This document shows, piece after piece, positions 1 through 10,547 of a stretch of DNA of 64,000 nt (its first letter is position 1; each line of letters begins with the position of its first letter). A model generated the notes under the pieces. That model worked only from the letters and a program-made list of their open reading frames with translations. It was not told the origin of the DNA and searched no databases. Made by a program: the position numbers and the translations under genes. Location: contig JBMNIF010000003.1 in assembly GCA_050950765.1 (NCBI GenBank), positions 1 to 64,000 on the forward strand. Reading direction: 5' to 3'. The stretch is from Bdellovibrionota bacterium (GTDB taxonomy: Bacteria > Bdellovibrionota_C > UBA2361 > JAAYZI01).

Positions 1-2184
1 GGGATAGATGCCCTAATGATCCAAAGAAAACAGATCCAGGGGTTTGCGGTTGTGGTAGACCTGAAACGGATAGCGATGGTGATGGCACCCCTGATTGTAA
101 GGATAGATGCCCTAATGATCCGAATAAAACATCTCCAGGGCGTTGTGGTTGCGGCAAGCCCGATATAGATAGTGACGGTGATGGTGTTTTAGATTGTAAC
201 GTGACAGGTGTCCTAACGATCCGAAGAAGACGCAACCAGGGCGGTGCGGTTGCGGTGTGGCTAGAAAACACTAAAGACACCGATAGAGATGGGGTTCCTA
301 GATTGTATCGATGGCTGCCCAAGTAATCCAAAGAAAACAAAACCTGATGAGTGGGGGTGTGCTGTTACAGATAGAGATTCTGATAGAGATGGCATCCCCG
401 ATATCTTTGACGGATGTCCTTACGATCCTAATAAATCAGCACCCCAGATCTGTGGTTGCGGAGTTGTAGATTCTGCAAAGAATATCGCAGATGATGATAA
501 AGACGGAGTGGCTGCCTGTAACGATGTCTGCCCACTTGAGCCTGATGCCTTAACACAGGAGGGTCCATCAACTACCCCTGTCTGGTTTAAAGACGGCATC
601 CAAAATATTGCTGACTTTAAAGATATCTTCGTAAATATAGGTGATCTTAATAGAGATGGGCATGATGATGTTGCTCTTGTGCAACCACTTACACAAAAGG
701 GTAGTGTATTAGCTTCTGTCTCTATTTACTACGGAGGTGTTAAAGGTATTTCGAGTAAGTCTCCAACTCTTTTAAATCAGTACGGCGCAACTCAAAATGT
801 AGTAAGTTCTGTTATAAAGGGTGGAGATATTAACGGAGACGGTTACGGTGATGTTATAGTGATAGACCAGAAGAGTAAGGGACGTATCTTCGTTTATTAC
901 GGGAGCTCTTCCGGAGTTAGATCTACACCTGCATCAGTAATTAACAACACTAAATATATTACAGACCTTACTGTTTTCTCTGCTGGAGATATTAACGGAG
1001 ATGGTTACTCTGATGTAGTTGTCTCATCTAAATCTTTCGGAGTGCATGTATACTACGGACGCACAGCGGGACTTCCCAATACCCCTAATGATATTATTCC
1101 AACGGAGAAAGTTCTTCAGATCGCTGCGGCAAAACCAGCAGGAGATCTAAATAACGACGGATACGATGATCTAATCGCTTACGGCCGTTATAACGGCACC
1201 TATAAGGGAGAAGGTGGGCGAGTTTTACAAAACCCGTCATTTATAGCTATCTATCTCGGTTCTTATACTGGGATAACAAAAACACCCTCTGAAGTATATG
1301 TATTAGAGAACCTCTATCATGTTTCTGCTATCGGAGATGTTAATGGTGATGGCTATGGTGATGTTGCTGTTAATTATGGTGATTCCAAGTTAACAGGTAC
1401 AGGGCGACAAGGACTAGTCTCTATCTTTTACAGTAAGTCTTCTAAAGTCTTTAGAAAGCCAGCTATTACCTTAGGGAGAGAGATCTCCGAAGGTGCTGAT
1501 TATTTTGATTTTGGGGCTGTATTACCCACTATCACTGGTGATTTTAACGGAGACACCTATCCTGATATTGTGATCACTACTAAAGACTTTGTCTTTATAT
1601 ATTACGGTGGTAGTAACGGCGTAAAAGCAACTCCTGCCCTTATCCTTGATTACAAAGAGAAGCATAGTAGCTCATTAAGTTCAATTAACTCCATAGACGT
1701 GCCGGATTTAAACGGTGATGGATTTAGTGACCTGATACTGACAGGCTTAAACCTTAAAGGTAAAGAGCTTCGTGCTGAAGCTTTCTTAGGTGGTAACTTA
1801 CGTAGTGGGCCGACAGTAAAACCTTGCGGAGAAGGTGATGAAGAAGATCAAGACGATGCTTCATCTTCTGGCGCTGATGAACCTGAAGATGTGTTAACGT
1901 GTTCAGACTCTGATGGTGGTAAGAATAAGATGGTTAGTGGGGTAACGAGGTATCGCAATCTAACTTTCAAAGATAGATGTAGTAGTAAAAAACTTCTTAT
2001 TGAATACTTCTGTAATCCAGCAGGATTCCCAACCTTGCAACTCTTTCATTGTAAGAACGGTTGTGAAGCGGGTGCTTGTAAAACAGTACAGACTCTAAAA
2101 CTCTCTAAGAAACAGAGGAGGAAACAACGTAAACAACGGAGGCTATTCCGAAAATCGCTTCAATCTTATATAGGCGTGCAGTAA
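1..2184 (+). CDS. 3' part of a paralogue of the giant M4 protease/TSP3-like/FG-GAP protein; 5'-truncated by the window edge, with apparent frameshifts near 200-300
   Basis: Nucleotides ~18..2184 are nearly identical to 5916..8078. The ORF 289..2184 reproduces the FG-GAP and C-terminal Cys domain. Three small insertions relative to the second copy (near 201, 261 and 300) break the upstream frame. Confidence 0.85.
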
Positions 2185-2198
2185 AGTAGGCGATCAAT

Positions 2199-2240
2199 AC
2201 TTTTAATACCTTAACGGGTGCTTTGGTGCATCCGTTAAGG
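2199..2240 (+). terminator. Intrinsic terminator-like hairpin
   Basis: ccttaacgggtgc-tttg-gtgcatccgttaagg stem just after the stop codon, with a T-run shortly downstream. Confidence 0.6.
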
Positions 2241-2633
2241 GGAGGTGGTTTTTTACAATTACAATTTTAATTTTAAAGGCTTTCAGATCCAAAAGAGCAG
2301 CTAGGCGGTGCTCCCTTTTAACTTTAACTAGGTGTAATGATTGATGATAAATAGCGATGAACTTATTTTTGAGAGACTTTTTTATAACGTGTTAAAAGTT
2401 TTATTAAAAAATAAGTGACTTTCTGTGTAAGATTCAATAGAATCACCCGTCCTTTATTTTTGTTCTTTAAATGACTAACAAATTGAAATGGTGTACCCTT
2501 CGTTAAGTCAATTTAAAGACGCACTGTTTTTATCTAAAAAGTTTTTTCTTAGGTTCTTTCGCTTCATTTCGACGTTTAAGCGTTCCCCGTTTTTTTTAGT
2601 GTTACTTTAACCTCAACACCTTAGGAGAGTTAA

Positions 2634-5600
2634 ATGAAGCATATCCATGCTGTACTGTTTTCGCTATCACTATTCCTTTTTCCGTTTACCTCTTTTGCTC
2701 AAGAGATGTCTCAAGGAGAGAGGGTAGAGATTGAGAAAGATGATCTACGTGACAGGGTTTATTCCGTTAGGATTAAAGATAATACCTTTGGAGGAGGAGT
2801 AAATTTCTCTTTTTCTGCACCTCAAATAACCACTAGAAGTAGTTTAATACTAGATTACAAAGAGCTTGCAAAACAGTACCTTGCAACTCATGGGGGGCAT
2901 TTCGGAATTACTGATGTAGCAACACAGTTCTTTGAGGGCGAGGTTACAGTTGATAATTTTGGGATGGCTCATGTCCGTTTCCCTCAAGCTTATCAAGGGG
3001 TGGCTGTTACTAACGGCGAAATGATAGTCCATATTAGGAGTAACGGTGCCTTAAAGACAATTAACGGTATCTTTATAAAGGGGCTTTCTGGCTTAAACGC
3101 TACTCCATCTATTACAGAGGGAGAAGCTACCGCAGTAGCTGCTTCTTACTGGCAACTTAAATACGGAGTTTCTTATGAGGTTGATGATATAGCCCTTGTT
3201 ATTATCTCTCCTTCAGAGTTGAAAAATAAAGACGGTAAAAGTTACCTCTCTTGGCGGATTAGGTTACGTAATGACGGTGAGTTCTTAGACGAAAACGTCT
3301 TTATTGATGCGCACACCGCTAATTATATTACTTATGAAAGTAATATCAGAGCTGCACACGGTGAAAAGACACCGATTTACCGCAGAATCGGAGAGTTAGC
3401 ACCTGATGGACAGTGGTGGTTAAATGGAGTTTTTCCAGAGTATCCAGGTTATGTCTTTGGACGACTAGAAGCAAGGCCTCCACGTGGACCCAACCCATAT
3501 GTTAATGATGGAAAAAGTGGACCAGATACAGCTTATACTAGGTTAAACCACGTTCATAAGTTCTTTCAAAATGAGTTAGGGATAAATGGTCCCAACGGAA
3601 ATGGTGGTGTCTTTGTAGCAGAAAGCGGAATAGCAAAAGGTCAAAACGTAACAGATGCTAACATAGATTCCGCCTTGTGCCCGTCAAACGGAATGTTTTC
3701 AAATAACCTTATTTTTGTATTTTGCGGATACTCTAAGTTAGAAGATTTACTCGGTCATGAATATTCCCACGCTATTGGGTGGGGTATATTAAAGTATGCC
3801 GGAGAATCAGGTGCCATAGAGGAAGCTATCGCTGATTTAGGAGGATATCGTTTTCAAAAATACCTAAAAGGTTCCACTGATTGGGTGTGTGAAACTCAAT
3901 CAGAGGATGAGTTGCCTTATAGAAACTCTAAAACCCCAGGTGTTGGAACCCTCTACCCTTCCCCTGTTCACTGGTACGACAGCAATACTAAATGTGACAG
4001 CATGCACGTTATGTCAACGGTTGCAAGCCACGCTGCCTACCTCGCTTCAGAGGGGGGAGAGCGTGAAGGGTGTAGAGTCCGTCCCGTAGGGATTGAAAGG
4101 GTACACAATGTTTGGTTTCACGCTAGACTAAACTATTTTCCAAGCACCGTAACGTATAACTCCTCTATTAGTTATATTATGGATGCTTGTGATGACCTTT
4201 ATCCAAATACAGTTAACCCTAAAGAGTTTAGTCCTATCTGCTACCAGATTAAAAAAAGTATGTTAGCAACAAAGATGGATCAGAGAGGATACTGTAATGA
4301 TAAACGGAAGATCTATGAAAAGGCTCCGTCCTGTGATTTTTGTCCAGATAACCCTAATAAAGAGGATATCGGATGTAGTGGTAACTGTGATGGTGAGGCA
4401 GACCTTGATAGTGATGGTGATGGCACACCTGATTGTTACGATGAGTGCCCGAAAGATCCCAATAAAGTCACAGCAGGGCGGTGCGGCTGCGGTAATAAGG
4501 AAGAGATTGAAGACTTAGATGATGACACCTTCTGGGGAGTAGGTTCTTGCCCCGCTATTAGAAACGATTGTGATGATACAAAGTTTGATAAAACCGCCCC
4601 AGGTGAGCCAGAGATCTGCGGAGATGGTATCGATAATGACTGCGATGGCTTAACGGATGAGGGGTGTGAAGAAGAAGATGATGAAGAAGAAGATGAAGAT
4701 GAATGCCCAGAAGATCCAAATAAAACAAAGCCAGGGATCTGTGGCTGCGGCAAACCCGATATAGATACCGATGGTGATGGTGTTTTTGATTGTCATGATG
4801 GGTGTCCTTACGATCCTAATAAAACAGATCCAGGGATCTGCGGCTGCGGTAAACCCGATATAGATACCGATGGTGATGGAGTTTTGGATTGTAAAGATGG
4901 GTGTCCTAACGATCCAAATAAAACAAACCCAGGGGTTTGTGGCTGTGGTGTACCAGATACCGATACAGATAAAGACGGCACCCCAGATTGTATAGACCTC
5001 TGCCCAGAAGATCCAAATAAAACAGATCCAGGGATCTGTGGCTGCGGTAAACCCGATATAGATACCGACGGCGACGGCGTTTTGGATTGTCATGATGGGT
5101 GTCCTTACGATCCAAATAAAACAAACCCAGGGATCTGCGGCTGTGGTGTGCCTGATACCGATACAGATAAGGACGGCACCCCAGATTGTAATGATCTCTG
5201 TCCTAAAGATCCGAATAAGACGAAGCCAGGAATTTGTGGCTGCGGCAAACCCGATATAGATAGTGATGGAGACGGTACTCTTGACTGTAAAGATGGGTGC
5301 CCGAACGATCCAAATAAAATAAAGCCAGGGATCTGCGGCTGCGGTGTGCCTGATACCGATACAGATAAGGACGGCACCCCAGATTGTAATGATCTCTGTC
5401 CTAAAGATCCGAATAAGACGAAGCCAGGAATTTGTGGCTGCGGCAAACCCGATATAGATAGTGATGGAGACGGTACTCTTGACTGTAAAGATGGGTGCCC
5501 GAACGATCCAAATAAAATAAAGCCAGGAATTTGCGGCTGTGGTGTACCAGATACCGATAGTGACGGAAACGGTATACCTGATTGCTTAGACACACACGAT

Positions 5601-8078
5601 GAGTGTCCTACAGATCCTAACAAGACAAAACCCGGAATTTGTGGTTGTGGTGTACCAGATATAGATACCGATGGTGACGGTGTTTTTGATTGTCACGATA
5701 AGTGTCCTAACGATCCGAAGAAAGTATTTCCTGGGATCTGCGGCTGTGGTGTAGTGGATAGCACTAAAGATAGTGATAGAGACGGCACCCCTGATTGTAT
5801 TGATAAGTGTCCTTACGATCCAAAGAAAACAGATCCGGGCTTCTGCGGTTGTGGTAGACCTGAAACAGATAGTGATAAAGACGGCGTTCCTAACTGTATT
5901 GATAAGTGCCCTTACGATCCAAAGAAAACAGATCCAGGGGTTTGCGGTTGTGGTAGACCTGAAACGGATAGCGATGGTGATGGCACCCCTGATTGTAAGG
6001 ATAGATGCCCTAATGATCCGAATAAAACATCTCCAGGGCGTTGTGGTTGCGGTAAGCCCGATATAGATAGTGATGGTGATGGTGTTTTAGATTGTAACGA
6101 CAGGTGTCCTAACGATCCGAAGAAGACGCAACCAGGGCGGTGCGGTTGCGGTGTAGTAGAAAACACTAAAGATAGTGATAGAGATGGGGTTCCTGATTGT
6201 ATCGATGGCTGCCCAAGTAATCCAAAGAAAACAAAACCTGATGAGTGGGGGTGTGCTGTTACAGATAGAGATTCTGATAGAGATGGTATCCCCGATATCT
6301 TTGACGGATGTCCTTACGATCCTAATAAATCAGCACCCCAGATCTGTGGTTGCGGAGTTGTAGATTCTGCAAAGAATATCGCAGATGATGATAAAGATGG
6401 AGTTGCTGCCTGTAACGATGTCTGCCCACTTGAGCCTGATGCCTTAACACAGGAGGGTCCATCAACTACCCCTGTCTGGTTTAAAGACGGCATCCAAAAT
6501 ATTGCTGACTTTAAAGATATCTTCGTAAATATAGGTGATCTTAATAGAGATGGGCATGATGATGTTGCTCTTGTGCAACCACTTACACAAAAGGGTAGTG
6601 TATTAGCTTCTGTCTCTATTTACTACGGAGGTGTTAAAGGTATTTCGAGTAAGTCTCCAACTCTTTTAAATCAGTACGGCGCAACTCAAAATGTAGTAAG
6701 TTCTGTTATAAAGGGTGGAGATATTAACGGAGACGGTTACGGTGATGTTATAGTGATAGACCAGAAGAGTAAGGGACGTATCTTCGTTTATTACGGGAGC
6801 TCTTCCGGAGTTAGATCTACACCTGCATCAGTAATTAACAACACTAAATATATTACAGACCTTACTGTTTTCTCTGCTGGAGATATTAACGGAGATGGTT
6901 ACTCTGATGTAGTTGTCTCATCTAAATCTTTCGGAGTGCATGTATACTACGGACGCACAGCGGGACTTCCCAATACCCCTAATGATATTATTCCAACGGA
7001 GAAAGTTCTTCAGATCGCTGCGGCAAAACCAGCAGGAGATCTAAATAACGACGGATACGATGATCTAATCGCTTACGGCCGTTATAACGGCACCTATAAG
7101 GGAGAAGGTGGACGAGTTTTACAAAACCCGTCATTTATAGCTATCTATCTCGGTTCTTATACTGGGATAACAAAAACACCCTCTGAAATATATGTATTAG
7201 AGAACCTCTATCATGTTTCTGCTATCGGAGATGTTAATGGTGATGGTTATGGTGATGTTGCTGTTAATTATGGTGATTCCAAGTTAACAGGTACAGGGCG
7301 ACAAGGACTAGTCTCTATCTTTTACAGTAAGTCTTCTAAAGTCTTTAGAAAGCCTGCTATTACCTTAGAGAGAGATATCTCCGAAGGTGCTGACTATTTT
7401 GATTTTGGATCTATACTACCCACTATCACTGGTGATTTTAACGGAGACACCTATCCTGATATTGTGATCACTACTAAAGACTTTGTCTTTATATATTACG
7501 GTGGTAGTAACGGCGTAAAAGCAACTCCTGCCCTTATCCTTGATTACAAAGAGAAGCATAGTAGCTCATTAAGTTCAATTAACTCCATAGACGTACCGGA
7601 TTTAAACGGTGATGGATTTAGTGACCTGATACTGACAGGCTTAAACCTTAAAGGTAAAGAGCTTCGTGCTGAAGCTTTCTTGGGTGGTAACCTACGTAGT
7701 GGGCCGACAGTAAAACCTTGCGGAGAAGGTGATGAAGAAGATCAAGACGATGCTTCATCTTCTGGCGCTGATGAACCTGAAGATGTGTTAACGTGTTCAG
7801 ACTCTGATGGTGGTAAAAATAAGATGGTTAGTGGGGTAACGAGGTATCGCAATCTAACCTTCAAAGATAAATGTAGTAGTAAAAAACTTCTTATTGAATA
7901 CTTCTGTAATCCAGCAGGCTTCCCAACCTTGCAACTCTTTCATTGTAAGAACGGTTGTGAAGCGGGTGCTTGTAACACAGCACAGACTCTAAAACTCTCT
8001 AAGAAGCAGAGGAAGAAACAACGTAAACAACGGAGGCTATTCCGAAAATCGCTTCAATCTTATATAGGCGTGCAGTAA
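2634..8078 (+). CDS. Giant secreted M4 (thermolysin-like) metallopeptidase with FTP/PepSY-like propeptide, ~17-18 Cys/Asp-rich TSP3-like repeats, a DCDD..PG..EIC.DGIDNDCDG metal-binding motif, FG-GAP repeats and a C-terminal Cys-rich domain
   Basis: Signal peptide (MKHIHAVLFSLSLFLFPFTSFA); FTP-like 'GMAHVRFPQAYQGVAV'; HEXXH motif HEYSH followed by ESGAIEEAIADL; repeats of DxDxDGxxDCxDxCPxDPxKxxPGxCGCG; several GD(I/L/V/F)NGDG(Y/F)xD motifs; RBS aggag upstream. Confidence 0.85.
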   Translation: MKHIHAVLFSLSLFLFPFTSFAQEMSQGERVEIEKDDLRDRVYSVRIKDNTFGGGVNFSFSAPQITTRSSLILDYKELAKQYLATHGGHFGITDVATQFFEGEVTVDNFGMAHVRFPQAYQGVAVTNGEMIVHIRSNGALKTINGIFIKGLSGLNATPSITEGEATAVAASYWQLKYGVSYEVDDIALVIISPSELKNKDGKSYLSWRIRLRNDGEFLDENVFIDAHTANYITYESNIRAAHGEKTPIYRRIGELAPDGQWWLNGVFPEYPGYVFGRLEARPPRGPNPYVNDGKSGPDTAYTRLNHVHKFFQNELGINGPNGNGGVFVAESGIAKGQNVTDANIDSALCPSNGMFSNNLIFVFCGYSKLEDLLGHEYSHAIGWGILKYAGESGAIEEAIADLGGYRFQKYLKGSTDWVCETQSEDELPYRNSKTPGVGTLYPSPVHWYDSNTKCDSMHVMSTVASHAAYLASEGGEREGCRVRPVGIERVHNVWFHARLNYFPSTVTYNSSISYIMDACDDLYPNTVNPKEFSPICYQIKKSMLATKMDQRGYCNDKRKIYEKAPSCDFCPDNPNKEDIGCSGNCDGEADLDSDGDGTPDCYDECPKDPNKVTAGRCGCGNKEEIEDLDDDTFWGVGSCPAIRNDCDDTKFDKTAPGEPEICGDGIDNDCDGLTDEGCEEEDDEEEDEDECPEDPNKTKPGICGCGKPDIDTDGDGVFDCHDGCPYDPNKTDPGICGCGKPDIDTDGDGVLDCKDGCPNDPNKTNPGVCGCGVPDTDTDKDGTPDCIDLCPEDPNKTDPGICGCGKPDIDTDGDGVLDCHDGCPYDPNKTNPGICGCGVPDTDTDKDGTPDCNDLCPKDPNKTKPGICGCGKPDIDSDGDGTLDCKDGCPNDPNKIKPGICGCGVPDTDTDKDGTPDCNDLCPKDPNKTKPGICGCGKPDIDSDGDGTLDCKDGCPNDPNKIKPGICGCGVPDTDSDGNGIPDCLDTHDECPTDPNKTKPGICGCGVPDIDTDGDGVFDCHDKCPNDPKKVFPGICGCGVVDSTKDSDRDGTPDCIDKCPYDPKKTDPGFCGCGRPETDSDKDGVPNCIDKCPYDPKKTDPGVCGCGRPETDSDGDGTPDCKDRCPNDPNKTSPGRCGCGKPDIDSDGDGVLDCNDRCPNDPKKTQPGRCGCGVVENTKDSDRDGVPDCIDGCPSNPKKTKPDEWGCAVTDRDSDRDGIPDIFDGCPYDPNKSAPQICGCGVVDSAKNIADDDKDGVAACNDVCPLEPDALTQEGPSTTPVWFKDGIQNIADFKDIFVNIGDLNRDGHDDVALVQPLTQKGSVLASVSIYYGGVKGISSKSPTLLNQYGATQNVVSSVIKGGDINGDGYGDVIVIDQKSKGRIFVYYGSSSGVRSTPASVINNTKYITDLTVFSAGDINGDGYSDVVVSSKSFGVHVYYGRTAGLPNTPNDIIPTEKVLQIAAAKPAGDLNNDGYDDLIAYGRYNGTYKGEGGRVLQNPSFIAIYLGSYTGITKTPSEIYVLENLYHVSAIGDVNGDGYGDVAVNYGDSKLTGTGRQGLVSIFYSKSSKVFRKPAITLERDISEGADYFDFGSILPTITGDFNGDTYPDIVITTKDFVFIYYGGSNGVKATPALILDYKEKHSSSLSSINSIDVPDLNGDGFSDLILTGLNLKGKELRAEAFLGGNLRSGPTVKPCGEGDEEDQDDASSSGADEPEDVLTCSDSDGGKNKMVSGVTRYRNLTFKDKCSSKKLLIEYFCNPAGFPTLQLFHCKNGCEAGACNTAQTLKLSKKQRKKQRKQRRLFRKSLQSYIGVQ
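4700..6420 (+). repeat. Intragenic ~99-nt (33-aa) tandem repeat array, including a near-exact 198-bp duplication (5127..5324 / 5325..5522)
   Basis: Recurrent 'ccagggatctgcggctgc/tgt...gataccga' units can be read directly in the DNA. Confidence 0.9.
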
Positions 8079-8266
8079 ATAAAAATTAGGGGAGGGGAGT
8101 TATGCCACCCCTCTCTATCTTAACTTCCGAGTGAGGAGACTTTTTGATGCTTTTTTAAAAAAATCTCCTTACATTTCACCATTAACTTTATTGATAGAGA
8201 AGTTAAGGCAAAAAAACTTAGAAAAAAAACTCGGAAGTTAGGACATCTAAGTTCTATTTTAATAGA

Positions 8267-9106
8267 TTATTGGGTGTTATTTTTTTCTAATTCCCACAAC
8301 TTTGAATATTTTTGAAAGGTATAAATACCTTCATTGCAAGCTACTAAGAAACCTGGGAGCCCCTCCAAAAATCCACGTTTTAAGATATAAAATTTAAAAA
8401 ATCTTATAAGGGGATTAAAAAATAGGTTGTAAAGGTGAAATCTTTTTTTATTAACATGCAGATGTTGTGCTGAAACGGTTGAATGTTTATTAAGAGCGAG
8501 GATCTGATCGTTAAAATTATCGTATGTATAGTGGTGCAAATGACCTTTTATCAGAGATACCTTGCCGGATACGATAGCTTTTTCATGAGGATTATTCCCA
8601 CCCCAAACAGTCTTCTCTTTTTTTAAAAAACGGAGGCGATATTCAGGATACCAACCTCCACGTACCCACCAACGATTTAAAAAATATACCACTCGACAGA
8701 TATTATATCCGTCAGAAACATCTTCTCCACGTGCAGATTTTTCCAATACATCTAAGATACTTTCCTTTAACGTTTGAGAAACTTCCTCATCGGCATCAAG
8801 ATTGATAACCCAAGTTTTTGTGCAGAGATCTAACCCTAACTGTTTTTGTTGTGTAAAACCGCGCCAACTGTGAAAGTGGATCTTATCTGTGTAGCGTTTG
8901 CAGATTTCTAAAGTTTTATCTGTTGAACCGCTATCAACTATTACAATTTCATCACACCACGTTACACTTTTTAAACACCGTTCAATATTTTTTTCTTCGT
9001 TACAACACACAATAAAGGCTGCTACGGTATCACGATCAAGGTGAGGAGATGACGGTGTTTGAGAAGTTGTTTTTTGGTTATTTTGTAATGTATCTGAATC
9101 TTTCAT
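8267..9106 (-). CDS. Glycosyltransferase family 2 (KdtX/WaaE-like LPS beta-glucosyltransferase)
   Basis: NEEKNI..CL, VDSGSTDKT, LDADE DxD motif, GGWYP, HE, and GFLEG..GF C-terminal signature. Confidence 0.85.
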   Translation of the reverse strand: MKDSDTLQNNQKTTSQTPSSPHLDRDTVAAFIVCCNEEKNIERCLKSVTWCDEIVIVDSGSTDKTLEICKRYTDKIHFHSWRGFTQQKQLGLDLCTKTWVINLDADEEVSQTLKESILDVLEKSARGEDVSDGYNICRVVYFLNRWWVRGGWYPEYRLRFLKKEKTVWGGNNPHEKAIVSGKVSLIKGHLHHYTYDNFNDQILALNKHSTVSAQHLHVNKKRFHLYNLFFNPLIRFFKFYILKRGFLEGLPGFLVACNEGIYTFQKYSKLWELEKNNTQ

Positions 9107-9416
9107 ACTAAAGTCTCTTTTTTTGTATTAAACCTTTAATTTATCAATTATAGCTATAATTAAAAGAGGTTATCTATATTATTGTGCTTATGTCATTTAT
9201 AAATAAAAAACTCAATATTATTGAGGATCTTTAGCAGGTGCAGATTAGGTAATGCCGTTTTTTGGAAATTAGAAAGAAGATTGGTATGAAGCATTTTTAA
9301 TCATAATGTAGAGTCTAGATATAGGGGCATCTGATAGGGGGGGGGGAAACTTGTAGCTTCTCTATAAAAATTAAAAGTGCGCCTCCTTTTGTGGTTTTAT
9401 TAGGTAAGGGTATTTT

Positions 9417-9773
9417 ATGAAAAAGGATATAGAACAAACATCTGTTGATATTCAAAGTTTTATGAAACCGCAGATTAGTGCGCCTGCCAATGAAGTTCCA
9501 CCAGAGAAATCAAAGAATTACAAAAAAAGGATAGAAAAAGAGAGGCAGCGCATCATAGCTGAAGAGCAGGCTAAACCACAAAAATTGAGTTGGTTCTTTT
9601 TAGGAGTTTTTTTAATAGCGATTATCTTTGTTACAATATCCACTTGGTCGCGTACGCCGAGTCAGTTGGTGGTAAAGCCGAACCACGTACAAAAAGCAAA
9701 ATATAAAAAAGTTATTCATCTCACAAAAGATCCTAATGAGCGTAAGGTAAGAGGGTATTCTAAAAGTTATTAG
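9417..9773 (+). CDS. Hypothetical single-pass membrane protein
   Basis: 118-aa ORF with one hydrophobic stretch (WFFLGVFLIAIIFVTI). Confidence 0.6.
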   Translation: MKKDIEQTSVDIQSFMKPQISAPANEVPPEKSKNYKKRIEKERQRIIAEEQAKPQKLSWFFLGVFLIAIIFVTISTWSRTPSQLVVKPNHVQKAKYKKVIHLTKDPNERKVRGYSKSY

Positions 9774-10063
9774 TACGAAAATTTAGTAATAGTTGCTTCT
9801 ACTATCTGTTATCTCCTTAATAATACTCTTTATTTATCTATCTTTTCTTTAGATGGCGGATAGGGTACCCTACGAGGCTCTATTTGCTGATATCGACATG
9901 ATGCAGGTGTCTTGGCAAAGTGCAGGTATTATCGTGGTAAATAATTAAAATTATACTCGCATGAAATGATAGCGTGCTGGTATAATGGAGAATCGGTGAG
10001 CACAGAGAAAAGTAAAACTGGATTTGGGCTCTCTCCTTTTTTCAAACAAGCGTTGAGGTGCAA

Positions 10064-10483
10064 ATGAAGAATAAGGATTTAGAAGTTATTAAGAAAAGTT
10101 TATTAGAAGAAAAAACAAGAATTACTCGACACCTTGAAGAGTTGACGACATCATCATCGCAAGAGATGCAGTTTAGTAGTGGAGATCCAGCTGATATCGC
10201 TTCTCTTGAGATTAGTCAATCTGGCTTGCAAAAAATTGGGAAGCGCGAAAAAATTCTATTGAAGAAGATTAATTACGCTCTTGAGAAGATTGAGAACGGC
10301 ACCTATGGGGAGTGCGAAAATTGTGGAGAAGAGATCTCCGTAGGGCGTTTAATGGCACGTCCTGTGGCACAATTGTGTATCGATTGCAAAACAGAGCAGG
10401 AAAATTCAGAGCGCAAGTTTAGTGAAGATAGCGGCGAGTATGATGATAGCGAGTTTGATGCTGCCATAGAGGAGGAAGAGTAG
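10064..10483 (+). CDS. dksA: RNA polymerase-binding protein DksA (TraR/DksA C4 zinc finger)
   Basis: DPADIA coiled-coil tip (DxxDxA); GTYGECENCGEEI..RL.ARP.A.LCIDCK zinc finger. Confidence 0.9.
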   Translation: MKNKDLEVIKKSLLEEKTRITRHLEELTTSSSQEMQFSSGDPADIASLEISQSGLQKIGKREKILLKKINYALEKIENGTYGECENCGEEISVGRLMARPVAQLCIDCKTEQENSERKFSEDSGEYDDSEFDAAIEEEE

Positions 10484-10547
10484 CCTCTCCTCTTATCAAG
10501 CGGAGTGGTTAATAAACATCTTCTCTTTTTAGCGGGGAGTCTTAGCG

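Noticed and set aside
4436..6363. Overlapping alternative-frame and antisense ORFs in the repeat region
   Set aside because: They are shadows of the 99-nt coding repeat of the 1814-aa gene.
1..8078. Diversity-generating retroelement (template/variable repeat pair)
   Set aside because: The repeat is 2.2 kb of coding sequence, the differences are not confined to adenines, and no reverse transcriptase is visible.
9850..9935. Riboswitch or ncRNA upstream of dksA
   Set aside because: It is a GC-richer patch with short stems but matches no family I can recognise.
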